Below, one piece after another: positions 26,525 through 39,732 of a DNA stretch of 64,000 nucleotides. A program made the position numbers and the translations under genes. Numbering within the stretch: the first letter of the stretch is position 1; each line of letters opens with the position of its first letter. Where the stretch lies: contig NC_086108.1 of assembly GCF_963921235.1 (NCBI RefSeq), positions 59,274,001 to 59,338,000 on the forward strand, read 5' to 3'. The DNA comes from Mobula hypostoma (Eukaryota). Below the pieces are notes generated by a model, which worked only from the letters and a program-made list of their open reading frames with translations, did no database searches and had not been told where the DNA came from.

Positions 26525-26616
26525 AAGGGTCTCGGCCCAAAACATTCATTGTTTACTCTTTTCCATAGATGCTGCCTGGGCTTCTGAGTTCCTCCAACAT
26601 TTTGTGATTTGTTGCT
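26525..26616 (+). mobile_element. Short PLE-derived insertion (older subfamily)
   Basis: aagggtctcggcccaaaac...catagatgctgcctgg...gttgct; AAGGAAAAGG repeated at 26519-26528 and 26617-26626. Confidence 0.7.
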
Positions 26617-27705
26617 AAGGAAAAGGACTTTGCAGTTCAAGACCAATTGGCCTCTTAATCAAATAAAATTAGTTTTACAATTATGCTAAAATTTTAGAAG
26701 GATGGTCTGAAAAGCACATCAGGCTTGAAATTCCACATTGAAACCATGTCAATCCTGATTAAAAATAAATCTATGTGGCAGTGCCTATTCAAGATGCTGC
26801 AAACACAAGATCCCAGAATATGTATGAAAATGCTGTTTGTCTCCATAGCACTGAAGGCACACTACTATTTATTGAATCAATACAAACCTCCTGCCTGCAG
26901 CATCATGCCTAACTAAAACTGTCATTTATCACTTGGAATCAATCAAATATAACGATTGGTAGGGGGCACAACTGAAAATTAGATAGGAAGATATTTAGCA
27001 ACTCATAAAAGAATTTGAGGAAGAAATTTATGCAGATGACTCAAAAATAGCATAGTCCTTTGAAAATTAGCTCAACCCAGAGTTTAGGGTATTGCTTACA
27101 TTTCTTTAAGTTTTCACACATCAGGAAATTCAACTCCATGATCTTCAATGGGATTTTCATTCTTTCTCACAATTTTCCTTTGGTATGAAACTTGAATAAA
27201 TGATGTCAATAAGAGTGCAAACCACAAGAATTGCCTCCAATAAGATTTTCAATTCAACTGGTGTGAAAAATGATAGATTTTTTACCCTATGAATAACCAC
27301 GTTTTAATACCCCTCATCCTTGGAACATTTTAACTATAAGGAAGTTGAGGATTATGGAGACAAAGTGGAAACATAGTATTGATCCAAGACGTGAGCTTAT
27401 TGAATGGTCTAGAGGCTGTTTGTCTGACTCATGTTTCTTACTTCCTTACGAAATTCCCCTGTACTTGAAAGTGTTTAGCTTGCATTGTAGTATATCCTTT
27501 TAAGACCATGCTGCAAAACTTGCAACTGAGATACAATATGCTGACAACCACCAGGCACTGTAATGCATTAATTGGCATTACTGAACTGAAATTAATAATA
27601 TCAAATTTAGGGAAAGCTGCAACACAGCTTTTACAGGTGTTGAACAGTTTTTGTTGTTGTATTAGAAAACTTGCATTGGAAAAATAATCAATTCTTGATC
27701 TCCAT

Positions 27706-27800
27706 GCAACACACACAAAATGCTGAAGAAACAGCAGGCCAGGCAGCATCTATGAAAAAAAGTATAGTCGACGTTTTGGGCCGAAACCCTTCAGCAGGAC
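27706..27800 (-). mobile_element. Short PLE-derived insertion with mutated hammerhead core
   Basis: The minus strand reads gtcctgctgaagggtttcggcccaaaacgtcgact...gatgctgcctggcctgctg...tgtgtgttgc. Confidence 0.75.
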
Positions 27801-28459
27801 CCTTTTCATGTTGCAATAGCTTATTAGTCAGATAGTAAGAGGCCAGACTGCATAAGTGCTTTTCCTCTTATAAAACTCAGACATTTTAAAGCCAGATAAT
27901 TTTTTTAACAAATTACACAGGCATTCCAAGATTAATTATTAATCCCTAGCTTTCATCCACAAGGGAAAATGATAATCAACAACATTTTCATGGGATAAAA
28001 CAAAAACATAGGAAATTTTCTGCAGTCAAAAGAGCATCTGTGACAAGGAAATTAGAATTAACATTCAGGTTAATGATATTTCATTAGCCCCTCTGTGAAA
28101 AAAATCATCATCCTGTTAAGTTAACATTGTTTCTCTCCTTAGAGTTGTAGTCTGATTTGCTGAGCATTTCAGTCACTTCCTATTTTGATTTAGCATCTGC
28201 AGAATTTAATCTTTTTAGGGTTTAAATGAGAAATTTTTCTTAATCACCATGAATTCTTGGTTTCCAACAAAATGTTATTTTTAATATTTATTTTCTATCC
28301 TTAGAAATTAAAGCTTCTCTTTAGTCCATTTCTTAGAAAGGTGTCAAATTGCATCAAATATGGTCATTTTATATAGAAAATATCTAAATATCTAGAAAAT
28401 ATGGACAGCATTCAGTTGTAAATCCATTGTAAGTATAGTTGCAATGGGCACAAACCTGA

Positions 28460-29745
28460 CTGTCCACACCCTCAACAATTTTTCCTTCAGCTCCCCCCAC
28501 TTTCTCCAGACTCAAGGTGTAGCCATGGCATCTCATGGGCCCCAGCTATGCCTGCCTTTTCATTGGCTACGTAGAACTGTCTATGTTCCAAGCCTTGTGC
28601 GGCAATGCTCCCCCAACTCTTCCTCCACTGCATTGGTACTGCTTCTTGCAGCCATGCTGAGATCATCGATTTCAACAACTTTGCCTCCAACTCCCATCCT
28701 GCCCTTGAATTCACTTGCTCTATTTCTGAAACCTTGCTCCCCTTTCTCGATCTCCCTTTCTCTATTGATGGACAAACTGTTGACTGGCAACTTTTATAAA
28801 CCTACGGATTCTCACAGTTATCTTGACTATACCTCTTCCCACCCTGACTTCTATAAAAATGCTATTCCCTTTTTCTCAGTTCCTTTGTCTCCACCACACC
28901 TGTTCCCAGAATGCAGCTTTCCTTTTCAGGATATCAGATATATCCCATTCTTCAAGGAACAGGGTTTCCCTTCCCCTACTATTGACGCTGCCCTCACCTA
29001 CATCTTCTCCATTTCGTGAACATCCACATCCCAAAGAGCCTTTCCAGGTGAGGCAATGCTTGACCTGTGAACCTTCTGGGGTTGTCTATTGGGTTCGGTG
29101 CTGCTGATACGACATCCTCTACATCAGTGAGAACTGTCATAAATTGGGGACACTGCTTCATCAATCACCTCCTCTGCATCTGCCAAAAACAGAACTTCCC
29201 TGTGGCCAAGCATTTTAATTCTGATTCCCATTTCCACTGTGACATGTTGGTCCATGGTCTCTTGTGCGATGAAGAGGTCACCCTCAGGGTGGAGGAGCAA
29301 CACCATATGTATTCCATCTGAGTAGTCTCCTACCTGATGCATAAATATTGATTTCTTCTTCCAGAAAAAATAATCCCTTCCCCTCTCCTCTTTTTCTATT
29401 CCCCACTCTGGCCTCTTACCTCTTCTCACCTGCTTATCACTTTCTCCTGGGCTCCCTCCTCCTTCTCCTTCTCCTATGGTCCACTCACCTCTCTTATCAG
29501 ATTCCTCCCTCTCCAGCCTTTTACTTTTCCTGCCCACCTGGCTTCACCTATCACCTTCTAGTCATCCTCCCTCCCCTCTCCCACCTTTTTATTCTGGTGC
29601 CTTTTCTCTTCCTTTCCTGTTCTGAAGAAGGGCCCCGACCCAAAAAGTCGACTGTTTATTCATTTCCATAGATGCTTCCTGACCTGCTGTGTTCCTCCAG
29701 CATTTTACATATTGCTTTGGATTGCCAGTATTTGCAGAATTTCTC
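28460..29745 (+). mobile_element. Decayed Penelope-like element (RT plus GIY-YIG remnant)
   Basis: Frameshifted motifs FLQTQGVAM..GP, LPFLDL, FYKPTDSHSYLDYTSSHP and GIY-YIG-like VVYWVRC...LYISE. These are followed by a pyrimidine-rich UTR, a degenerate hammerhead (ctgaagaagggccccgacccaaaaagtcgact, ~29622-29653) and the family 3' end. Confidence 0.85.
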
Positions 29746-31496
29746 TGCAAATATAGTTTCTGCCTTTACAAATAAACATTAATGCTTTTGGACTTCTTGT
29801 ACATCATCTGTCCAACTTTAACCAAATCTTTAATTCCTCTAGTCAGATTCACTGGTTAAGTGTAAATGAATTGCATTCATAAATGTAATATTCTGATGCC
29901 TCTCGATTTAAATGTCATAGCTTAGAAATTGGCTTGTTTAAGGCATTAAATTCAAATGGAAAGCTCACTCTTACTATGGAGCTACTCTAACCTGAGTCAG
30001 AAAGACATGTAATCAAAACCTCCTCCAGAGATTTGAACACACAATTCCAGCGAAATCTTCAGTACTGCTCTGAGGGAGAGCTGCATTGTTATAGATTTGC
30101 CTTTTGATAACAATAATTTTGGTGATAAACCAAGATATTACCAAGTAGGTCCTTGGATCCTATTGAACTGTTTCCAAAGCATCCGTCGACTCTTGGGCAG
30201 AACAATATTCATCAAAACCTTACATTCATGAAGCAAATCACTTAGTCATTTACATTGTCACTATTTGTAAGACCTTACTATGTGACAACTGACTGTCATG
30301 TCACATATATTGCAAACCTGACTATATTTCAAAAGTATTTAATTGTATGTAAATTGTATTGTGCTATCCTATAGACTTGAACATATATAAGTTCTTTCCA
30401 CATGCAACTTCATGGATGAAATGTTTAATCTCCTATCCTACACGAATAATCGTGTACAGAATTATGCAAAAGGTTCATAATGGGTTTCTATAATTTCTGT
30501 AATGGGTTTTGTAACATTTATGTCTGCCATCATCATACATGGAAGCTAATGCAGGATTGTTGAGCTTTGATGAATGTATCTTGCTAGTAAAATCTACAGA
30601 AAAGTATGGCAGATAATCTTTAAAAAACTGATAGTCTTAGAAACCCAAGGAAGCCTCATCAAACATTTGAAAAAATTATATTAGTCAAATTAATTTACAG
30701 ACAGTGGAAGGCACTCCTATTGAGCAGGTGGAGGGATATGCATATCAACAATAATGCTTCAAATGCATGAAACCACTTCCTAGTTTATAGACCATGAATG
30801 GGGGGCTACTTGTGCATTGAGGATTTCCAATTCATGAAAGTCTTAATAATATTAATATTTAGAATGGAAAAGTAAGCTTGGATTTTACAGTCATTTACAA
30901 AACATTCTCACATACATGTATTGAATCTTTTTTTGAAATGGAGTAGACCACAGGAAATTCTTTAAATGGTGAGATGCATTAATATAGGTTAAAGGATACT
31001 TAATCTGATACCTTAAACTCACCAAAAAGTGTAGCAAAATTGTGCATTTTTGTGGCTTGGTTGTACAAATAGAAAGAATACATTTAGAATTGAAATTGTA
31101 TGCTGAAAAAGCGAATTATTGAAAATGATCTGTACTTTACTTTGAATGGGATATCAGAAAACTTCTAATATGAGAACCAAATAATTGTTTGTGTGTTACT
31201 CCATTCCAGCATATGCAGTTTATCTTGTGTTTGTTAAAACTCTAATTTTGCAAAATTCTGGTGGAAATTTGCTAAGAAAGTGAAGGTTGCAAAATTGGAG
31301 ATAAGCAGTGTTTCTCATCGGAAAAGTGTAAAGACTGATGTGTTTAAATTTGAAAAATGGCACGTACGCAGGTCACTTGTTTAGTTTAATTACCTTCACA
31401 CTAATATATATGTTGCTTATTTGAAATAGACTGTGCAGTTTGGAACTCTAAGAATGAATACGATTTTTCCAAAGAAGTATTGGGAAAGTCTGTTTT

Positions 31497-31775
31497 TTGG
31501 GGTGACATAGTAGTAATGCACAGCGCTTTACAGTACAGGGACCAGGGTACAATTCCCGCGCCTGCCTGTAAGGAGTTTGTACATTCTCCTCGTGACCACA
31601 TGGGTTTCCTCCGGGTGCTCCAGTTTCCTCCCACAGTCCAAAGACATGCTGGCTGGTAGATTAATTGGTGATTGTAAATTGTCCCGTGATTAGGCTAGGA
31701 TTAAATTGGTGATTGCTGGGTGGCATGCCTTGAAGGGCTGGAATGGCCTATTCTGTGCTGTATGTCAATAAATAA
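31497..31775 (+). mobile_element. tRNA-derived V-SINE (HE1-like)
   Basis: V-domain gggtttcctccgggtgctccagtttcctcccacagtccaaagacatgc; CR1-like 3' tail gaagggctggaatggcctattctgtgctgta. Confidence 0.85.
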
Positions 31776-32384
31776 AATTTGCATTTTTCTCTGTGTATTT
31801 GTAGGAGATTTTCCAACCACTTTACCAGAGCAGGTTTTTATTTCCAACTATAAGTAATACAATTTTCTTGTTTCAAATTGTTATTCCAATTACACCAATC
31901 AAAAGGGAATTTTCTAGATTTCTTCACTGCAATTTAGACTTAGAAAATGCAGAATAGTATTAGAGGGGATAAGACAGGGGTGTCTGCAGTTCATATGTTA
32001 TGAGTTTTGCCCAGTAACCTTTGAATTTGGAGTGCAAAGCAGGCCTACCTTCATTGCACCTGTTTTCAAGCAATCATGAAACAATGGTCAAGGTGCACTG
32101 TAGCTCCATCATGTTCGTACGATGCTTAATCACACCGCCACTTTTATTTTCCATTCAACTTATACTTGCTCAGCATTATACCTACACCTCCCTTCAAAAT
32201 CTTCAAAATATTTTGAATCTAATGTTCAGTTTTCAAAAGACTGACACAGCATATTCTCCTACATGAAGACTTATATTTTTCAATAGCAATATAATGTTAA
32301 GTCTGAGCTGTTCAAAGGTTAGCTGATAGCTACTATTTTGGGATAATTATTCAAATAACCTGCATCTGATTAAATGTAGTTACC

Positions 32385-34170
32385 TATGCATATGTGAAGA
32401 ACAGAAAGATGACAAGAATGAAGGTGGGGATGCTAAAGGATAAAGAAGGCAATATGTGCCTGGAAGCGGAGAAGGTTGGGGAGGTCCTAAATGAATACTT
32501 TGCTTCAGTATTCACAAGTGAAAAGGACCTTGATAAGGGTGAGGTCAAAATAGAACAGGCTTGTGTGCTGGACAATGTGGAGATTAAGGAAGAAGAAGTG
32601 TTGAATCTTCTTAAAAACATCAAGATTGATAAATCCTCAGGGTCGGACATGATTTACCCCAGGTTGCTGTGGGAAGTGAGAAAAGAGATTGCTGGAGCAG
32701 TAGCTATGATCTTTGAATCCTCTTTGGCTGCAGTGGAGGTGCCGGAGGATTGGAGAATGGCAAATGTAGTTCCCTTGTTTAAAAAAGGTAATAGGGAGAA
32801 TCCTGGGAAATATAGACTGGTGAGTCTTACATCGGTGATCTGCAAACTATTGGAAAGGATTCTTACAAATAGGATCTACGAGCACTTGGAGAAGTACAGT
32901 CTTCTCAAGCATAGTCAACATGGCTTTGTGAAGGGAAGGTTGTGCCTCATGAGCCTAATTGAGTTTGTTGAAGAGGTAACAAAAGAAATTGATGAGGGTC
33001 GGGTGGTAGATGTGGTCTACATGGATTTTAGCAAGGCATTTGACAAGGTCCCCCACGAGACACTCATCCAGAAAGTCATGAGGCATGGCATCAGTGGAAC
33101 CTTGGCTGGTTGGATAAAAAAATTGACTTAAAGGAAGAAAGCAGAGGGTAGTAGTGGAAGGAAAGTATTCTGCCTGGAGGTCGGTGACTAGTGGAGTGCC
33201 ACAAGGATCTGTCCTGGGACCCCTGCTCTTTGTGAAAGAGGCGGAAGGATGGGTGAGTAAGCTTGCGGACGACACCAAGATTGGAGGAGTCGTGCATGGA
33301 GCTGTAGGTTGTCGAAGGTTACAAGAGGATATAGACAGGATGCAGAGTTGGACAGAAAAGTGGCAGATGGAGTTCAATCCGGATAAGTGTGAGGTGATGC
33401 ATTTTGGAAGGACAAATCAGAAGGCTGAGTACCGGGTTAATGGTTGGATACTTAAGAGCGTGGATGAACAGAGGGACCTTGGGGATCAAATCCGTACATC
33501 CCTCAAGGTCGCTGCACAGGTTGATAGGATAGCTAAGAAGGCCTATGGAATGCTAGACTTCATTAATAGGGGGATTGAGTTCAAGAGTAGAGAGGTCGTG
33601 TTGCAACTTTACAAATCTCTGGTGAGACCACACTTATAGTATTGTGTTCAGTTCTGGTCACCTTATTATAGGAAAGCTGTGGAAGCTATGGAGAGGGTGC
33701 AGAGGAGATTTACCAGGATGTTGCCTGGGTTGGAAAACAAGTCTTATGAGGCAAGGTTAGTAGAGCTGGGTCTTTTCTCTCGGAGCGTAGAAGGATGAGA
33801 GGGGACTAGATAGAGGTCTACAAGATTATGAGAGGCATAGATAGGGTGGATAGCCCGTACCTGTTTCTCAGGGTACAAACAGCAAACACTAGAGGGCATA
33901 TGTACAAAGTTAAGGGAGGGAAGTTCAGGGGAGACATCAGGGGTAAGTTTTTTTTACACAGAGCTTTGTGGGTGCCTGGAATGACTTGCCAGGGATGGTG
34001 GTGGTGGCTAAAACATTAGGGGTATTTAAGAGCCTCTTGGACAGGCACATGGATGAAAGAAAAATAGAGGGTTACGGGGTAGTGTGGGTTTAGTACTTTT
34101 TTAAAAGAATATATGGGTTGGCACAACATTGAGGGCCGAAGGGCCTGTACTGTGCTGTAGTAGTCTACTG
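32385..34170 (+). mobile_element. 5'-truncated CR1 LINE, frameshifted
   Basis: ORFs 32394-33131 and 33154-33639 with YMDFSKAFDKV, GVPQGSVLGP and LADDTK; CR1 tail near 34130-34170. Confidence 0.9.
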
Positions 34171-34224
34171 TCAAGCCATATTGGTGAATTTGTAATTGGG
34201 CCTCAAGCCCAAGATGATTTTTTA

Positions 34225-36403
34225 AGATCCAGCCCAGACAGGGTACCTAGCCAAGTACTAAAGACCTGTGCTGATTAACTGGCTGGGGTGTTCACTGAGA
34301 TCTTTTAAACCATTGCTTGGGCAGCCTGAGGTACTCACTTGCTTCAAGCAACCTTCAATTATACTGGTGCCTAAGAAGAATGTGGTAATTTGCCTCAGTG
34401 ACTATTATCCAGTAGAACTTACATCCACAGAGATAAAGTGTTGAGAGGTTGGTGATGAAATATATCAACTCCAGCCTGAGAAGCAATACAGATCCACTCC
34501 AATTTGTCTTCTGGCACAACAGGTCCACAATAGATACCTTCTCATTGGCTCTTCACTCGACCCTGGAACATTCGGATAGCAAAAATGCATACATCCAGAT
34601 GCTCTTTACTGACTACAGCTCGGCATTCAATACCATCATCCTCTCAAATCTAATCAATAAGCTTCAAGATGTTGGCCTCAATACCTCCTTGCATAATTGG
34701 ATTCTCAATTTTCTCAAATGCCGACCACAGTCAGTTCGGATGGGCAACAACCTCTCTTTCACAATCTCCATCAGCACAGGTGCACAACAAGGGTGTGTGC
34801 TAATCCCCTGCTCTACTTGCTTTACACTTTTGAATGTGTGGCTAAGCACAGCTCCAATGCCATATTGAAATTTGCTGATGACATCATTGTCATAGGCTGA
34901 ATCAAAGGAGGGAGATTGAAAATCTGGCAGAGTGGTGCCACAACAACAAACTCTAACTCAATGTCAGCAAGACCAAGGAGCTGATTATAGACTTCAGGAG
35001 AAGGAAACCTGAGGTCCATAAGCCAGTCCTCACTGGAGGATCAGTGGAGGAGAAGGCTAGCAACTTTAAATTCCTCGGTGTTATTATTTTGGAGGATCTG
35101 TCCAGGAACCAGCACATGTGCAGTTACGAAGAAGGCACTGCAGCATCTATACTTCCTTAGGAGTTTTTGAAGATTTGGCATGATATCTAAAATTTTGACA
35201 AACTTCTCATAGGTGTGTGGCGGAAGGTATTTTGATTGGTTGCATTAGAGCCTGGTCTGGAAATGCCAGTGACTTGAATGGAAAATCCTACAAATAGTGG
35301 TGGATACAGCCCAGTCGATCCCGAGTAAAGTCCTCCCCACCACTGAGCACATCTATATGGAGTGTTATCCATCAGCAGGGACCCCCACCACCTAGGTCAT
35401 TCTCTCTTCTCACTGCTGCTATCGGGAAGAAAATACAGAATCCTCAGGACTCACATGTCCTGGTTCAGCCATCATCCCTCAACCATCAGGCTCTTGAACC
35501 AGAGGGAATAACTTCATTTAGCTTCAGTTGCTCTATCACTGAAATGTTCCCACAGCCTATGAACTCACTTCCAAGGACTCTTCATCTCATGTTCTCGATA
35601 TTTATTGCTTATGTATTTATAATTATTTCTTTCTTTTTGTACTTACTCAATTTGTCGTCTTTTGCACACTGGTTAAATGCCCAGTTGTTGCAGTCATTCA
35701 TTGATTCTATTCTGGTTATTATTCTATTATGGATTCATTGAGTATGCCTGCGAGAAAATGAATCTCAGTGTTGTATATGGTGACATTATGTGAGGAGTGA
35801 GTGAAGGCCTCCGTTAGTCAGATTTGACCATGGATATTGCCCGCTAACCTGGGCAATACGATATGGAGAGTAAGCTGTTGCCAATATAGCAAGCTCCCGC
35901 TCTCCATGCATCTGATAAACCCAAAGGAATGGCAGAAATCGATACAGTTTGGTACCAGCAGCATTGCAGGAGTTGCCAGACAGCAGAGAACTCAATGTAG
36001 GACGGCCTTAGGGACTGCAGCTCCGGATTTTTCCCTCAGGGTTTAATCCAGAAGCCTTCCCTGTGAGTGGGTATAGCTGCAAGGCAGTGGTGGTTTGAGA
36101 TCAGAGTTTTCCTTCTCTGAGATGAACTGCCAGCCATGGCTGATCAGCTCCATCTGCCTGAAGTGACTCATTTTAAGGCGCCAGTAACCCACCTTTGCCC
36201 CTTCTCCTGTCAGGAGAAATGGTTCCGCCTGGCTTAGTAGCGAAACCACATGTGAAGGCCAGGAGCTGGACTTGGTTGTCAAAAGCTATTGAGGCACACA
36301 ACAGTGGGAGCATTTAATAGGTAATGGAGCTTATCCCTTTACTACTCCTGACTATAACAACCTTAAGTATGTACATTGATAATAAATTTACTTTGAACTT
36401 TGA
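34225..36403 (+). mobile_element. Decayed Rex1/Babar LINE, with an insertion in its 3' tail
   Basis: [28 protein letters not shown]; the tail resumes at ~36366 (tatgtacattgataataaatttactttgaactttga). Confidence 0.85.
35788..36365 (-). mobile_element. Non-coding interspersed retroposon (possibly RTE-derived)
   Basis: GC-richer block interrupting the Rex1 tail; the minus strand ends in an (ACTC)n-like tail; no RT motif. Family assignment is tentative. Confidence 0.5.
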
Positions 36404-36665
36404 CTGTGGTTAAAACCTACTTGTTTTCTATTCTATTTTGGGAAGGAAACTTACTACCATGTCTGGTCTGCCTGATATCATTTCAAATGGCCAATTTATC
36501 ACATATAACGGTGACAGTTCAAGGCCATCAGCATCATTTCAAGAAAAATAAAGTGACAGATAAATTTAAACAACAGGAATTCTGCAGATGCTGGAAATTC
36601 AAGCAACACACATCAAAGTTGCTGGTGAACGCAGCAGGCCAAGCAGCATCTATAGGAAGAGGCGC

Positions 36666-36701
36666 AGTCGACGTTTCAGGCCGAGACCCTTCGTCAGGAC
36701 T
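36666..36701 (-). ncRNA. Minimal type I hammerhead ribozyme motif
   Basis: The minus strand reads AGUC CUGACGA AGGGUCUCGGCCU GAAA CGUC GACU. Confidence 0.8.
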
Positions 36702-37045
36702 AACTGAAGGAAGAATGAGTAAGGGATTTGAAAGCTGGAGGGGGAGGGGGAGATGCAAAATGATAGGAGAAGACAGGAGGGGGAGGGATAGAGCCGAGAG
36801 CTGGACAGGTGATAGGCAAAAGGGGATACGAGAGGATCATGGGACAGGAGGTCCGGGAAGAAAGACGGGGGGGGGGAGTGTCTTTCTTCCCGGACCTCCT
36901 GTCCCATGATCCTCTCGTATCCCCTTTTGCCTATCACCTGTCCAGCTCTCCGGCTCTATCCCTCCCCCTCCTGTCTTCTCCTATCATTTTGCATCTCCCC
37001 CTCCCCCTCCAGCTTTCAAATCCCTTACTCATTCTTCCTTCAGTT

Positions 37046-37081
37046 AGTCCTGACGAAGGGTCTCGGCCCGAAACGTCGACT
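37046..37081 (+). ncRNA. Minimal type I hammerhead ribozyme motif
   Basis: AGUC (stem I), CUGACGA core, A, GGGU-CUCG-GCCC (stem II), GAAA, CGUC, GACU. Helix III is the palindrome ACGU; predicted cleavage after C37077. Confidence 0.82.
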
Positions 37082-39732
37082 GCGCCTCTTCCTATAGATG
37101 CTGCTTGGCCTGCTGCGTTCACCAGCAACTTTGATGTGTGTTGACAGATAAATTTTTCCCTTTCCAATAATGTCCAATGGCTGAGAGTAAATTAAAGCAA
37201 AATGATCGGTAATTTGTTGGGAGGGGGATGCTTGCAACTTGATTATGAATAATTGCCTGAATTCAGTGCATAGAGCTGATATTAGATCTGATATCATGTT
37301 TACGGTAACATCTGCTATATTAATAAATAGCAGGTGCTGAAATCTGTAACTCTGTTAGCTTTACTGCAAACATGCTATTTATAATAACTTAATTTTGCTG
37401 AAATAAAATTAGGGGATATTCAGTCGTGTTGCTGAGAGCAGCCTGCATTAATGGTGTGTGGCCTTGTGATAGGAATGGGTGGCTTGCAGCAGTCTTTAAC
37501 TTTGCTGTAAGAATCCCATATCCAATGCACGCATTACCAAAGTGGCATACACATAGTACTGGCAAATCCAGGCCTTGCATTTAAAAATAGTACATACAGA
37601 ACTTTCCTTAGCAAAGTGCCACTCTGTGGTAAGGGGGATTGTGAAAAAAGTGGTGGGAAAATTCATGGAGTTGATGCTGATTGGCAAGAAGATGTTCAGG
37701 GAGAAGGTCAGGGAATTGGAGAGAAGTGCAAAGTGAGGTGGGAGAAGATTCGTGTGGGTTTGAGGATGCTGCTGTGAGGACAAATGTGATTAACAAACTC
37801 AGAAAATGATTTGGGAGTCTGGATTATGGTGTGAAGATATGAATAAAGAATATGGATCATTGGGCTACCTCCAGCACATCCTTAGGTTGTGTTGCCTGTT
37901 AATGCAAATAATGCATTTCACTGTATGTTTTAGTGTACATGTGACAAATAAATGAATCAAAATCTAAACCTGGACTGTAAGCTAGATAAACAATACTAAG
38001 GAAAATTGGAAAGGGAAGCCAAAGAACAGCTTAGGGAGGGGGTGGAGATAAAGTGGTGAAATAAGAAACAGAACTTGCTAGGAAGAGACTCAAAGGGCTA
38101 TGGAGGACACTGGCAGTGAATAGAAAGTACTAGTGGGGTGAGGAAGAGAAAACAGGTTGAAGTTATCACTCAGAGTATGAGGATAAAACAAGAATTGACC
38201 TCAATGACTCTTGAAGAATCTTCGCCATTGGATCCCATAACCTCATTCACAGTAGGGATAAAATTATATTTGCAAGTATACAATATTGCACTACAACGTA
38301 GAGTTTCTTGGCTAAAAAGTTATAAAATCCCTGGGAAATGGCTAACAAAAAGAAAGAAGGAGGATGGTCTTTGGAAGAGTGGAAACCAGGAAAAATTAAG
38401 TGACAAAAATAATGAACATTTAAGAAAACAGGACAAAAACTAGGATATGAAGTAACAAGATGGGGATAATGATCATGCAACTAAGAATAGGTGAACTATT
38501 GTACCATTTGTATTCTGAAAATAAAAGGGAAATGTTTTCACTGAATTTAAACATTGATTTGGGAAAGCTTTACTATAAATAGTCTAAATGAGAGGAGAAA
38601 AGCTGTTTCTCAGGTTTAGGTAGAATTTCACTCAGACAATGTAAGAGGCTGAATAGAGTATGACAGCGAATTAAAATGATAGACCAGAAGTTTAAGAGGT
38701 ATTTCATGGGGGTGCTTATTTGATCTGTATGTGGTCTGTCTTACAGAAAGGAAACTACATTATGATCAGCAGTTTACTAAGAATATTAAAATAAAAGAAT
38801 TACAAACTTCTATTTTATCCTGAAACAGCATTTGGGGTCTTTGACAGTCAGCATAGAGGTAACAGGACAGATATTACATGGGCCATTTTCCGCTATGCAG
38901 ATAGAAGCCAATGTTGTGGCTGTACTGAAACAACTCGGCCAAGGGAACATCCTCTTTGTGGCTTTCTTGTGGTTTATTACAATTACATAGACCATTTCAG
39001 AGGATAGAAGACAACCAGACTGCTGTGAGCCTGGAGTCATGGTTAGGCCAGACCAGGTAAAGATGGTAAACTTCCACCCCTACAAGACATTAGTCAACAT
39101 TCACAACAACCAACTATGATTTTCATGGCTGCCATTAGACTTTTTAATTATGTTTGAATAACTTTTAATAACTTAGGAATCCGAATTTTTCACTATCTGC
39201 CATGGTGAGATTCCCAGAATTTTCCTCTGGCTATCTAGATTATTAATCCAGAGATAATATCACTTGCCATCAGATCTCCAATTATCAGTGATGCAATGAG
39301 CACTATTTCATCAAAGTTTCTTTTTTCATTCTGACAAATGGATGCCTGTACTTGGAATCTAATATTTTATTCTTTCACTTTGTCAAGCAACCCATGGTAT
39401 CTATATACTCTCAATTTCTGAATTACTGGTGAGTAACAACCACAATCCCTCAATTTTAATTGACATTTTACGCAAGCATGTTGCTGTTAGATAGTTTTCT
39501 TGAGTTATTTTTTGCTGTACTCTAACGTCACTTCTGTGTTTTTAAAATACACATTTGAAAAACTTTCTTTAAACTGTAAAATTTATTCCATTTGAAGGGT
39601 AGACATATAGTGACTTTTTTACAAGAGGTTTCTATTGTTGCCTAGTTGTTTTAATTTTTACATATTTTTGAAGCAGAGGATCAATACCTTGCTCGATACA
39701 GAATCTGCAGTCTTTTACCTATCCTCACTACC

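Larger units (their letters stand above)
36568..37141. mobile_element. Fold-back PLE-derived insertion with ~263-bp inverted arms
   Basis: Arms 36604-36866 and 36880-37143 differ by about one substitution and one 1-bp indel; 13-nt G-rich spacer; TSD TGACAGATAAATTT at 36554-36567 and 37142-37155. Confidence 0.93.

Noticed and set aside
36180..36365. Possible HDV-like ribozyme at the 5' end of the unclassified retroposon
   Set aside because: I could not assemble a P1-P4 nested double pseudoknot by eye; only simple hairpins are evident.
36400..37297. Cluster of overlapping ORFs with identical peptides on both strands (LLVNAAGQAASIGRG..., LSPDEGSRPETS-like)
   Set aside because: These are mirror translations of the non-coding inverted repeat; the same peptides recur at every family copy.
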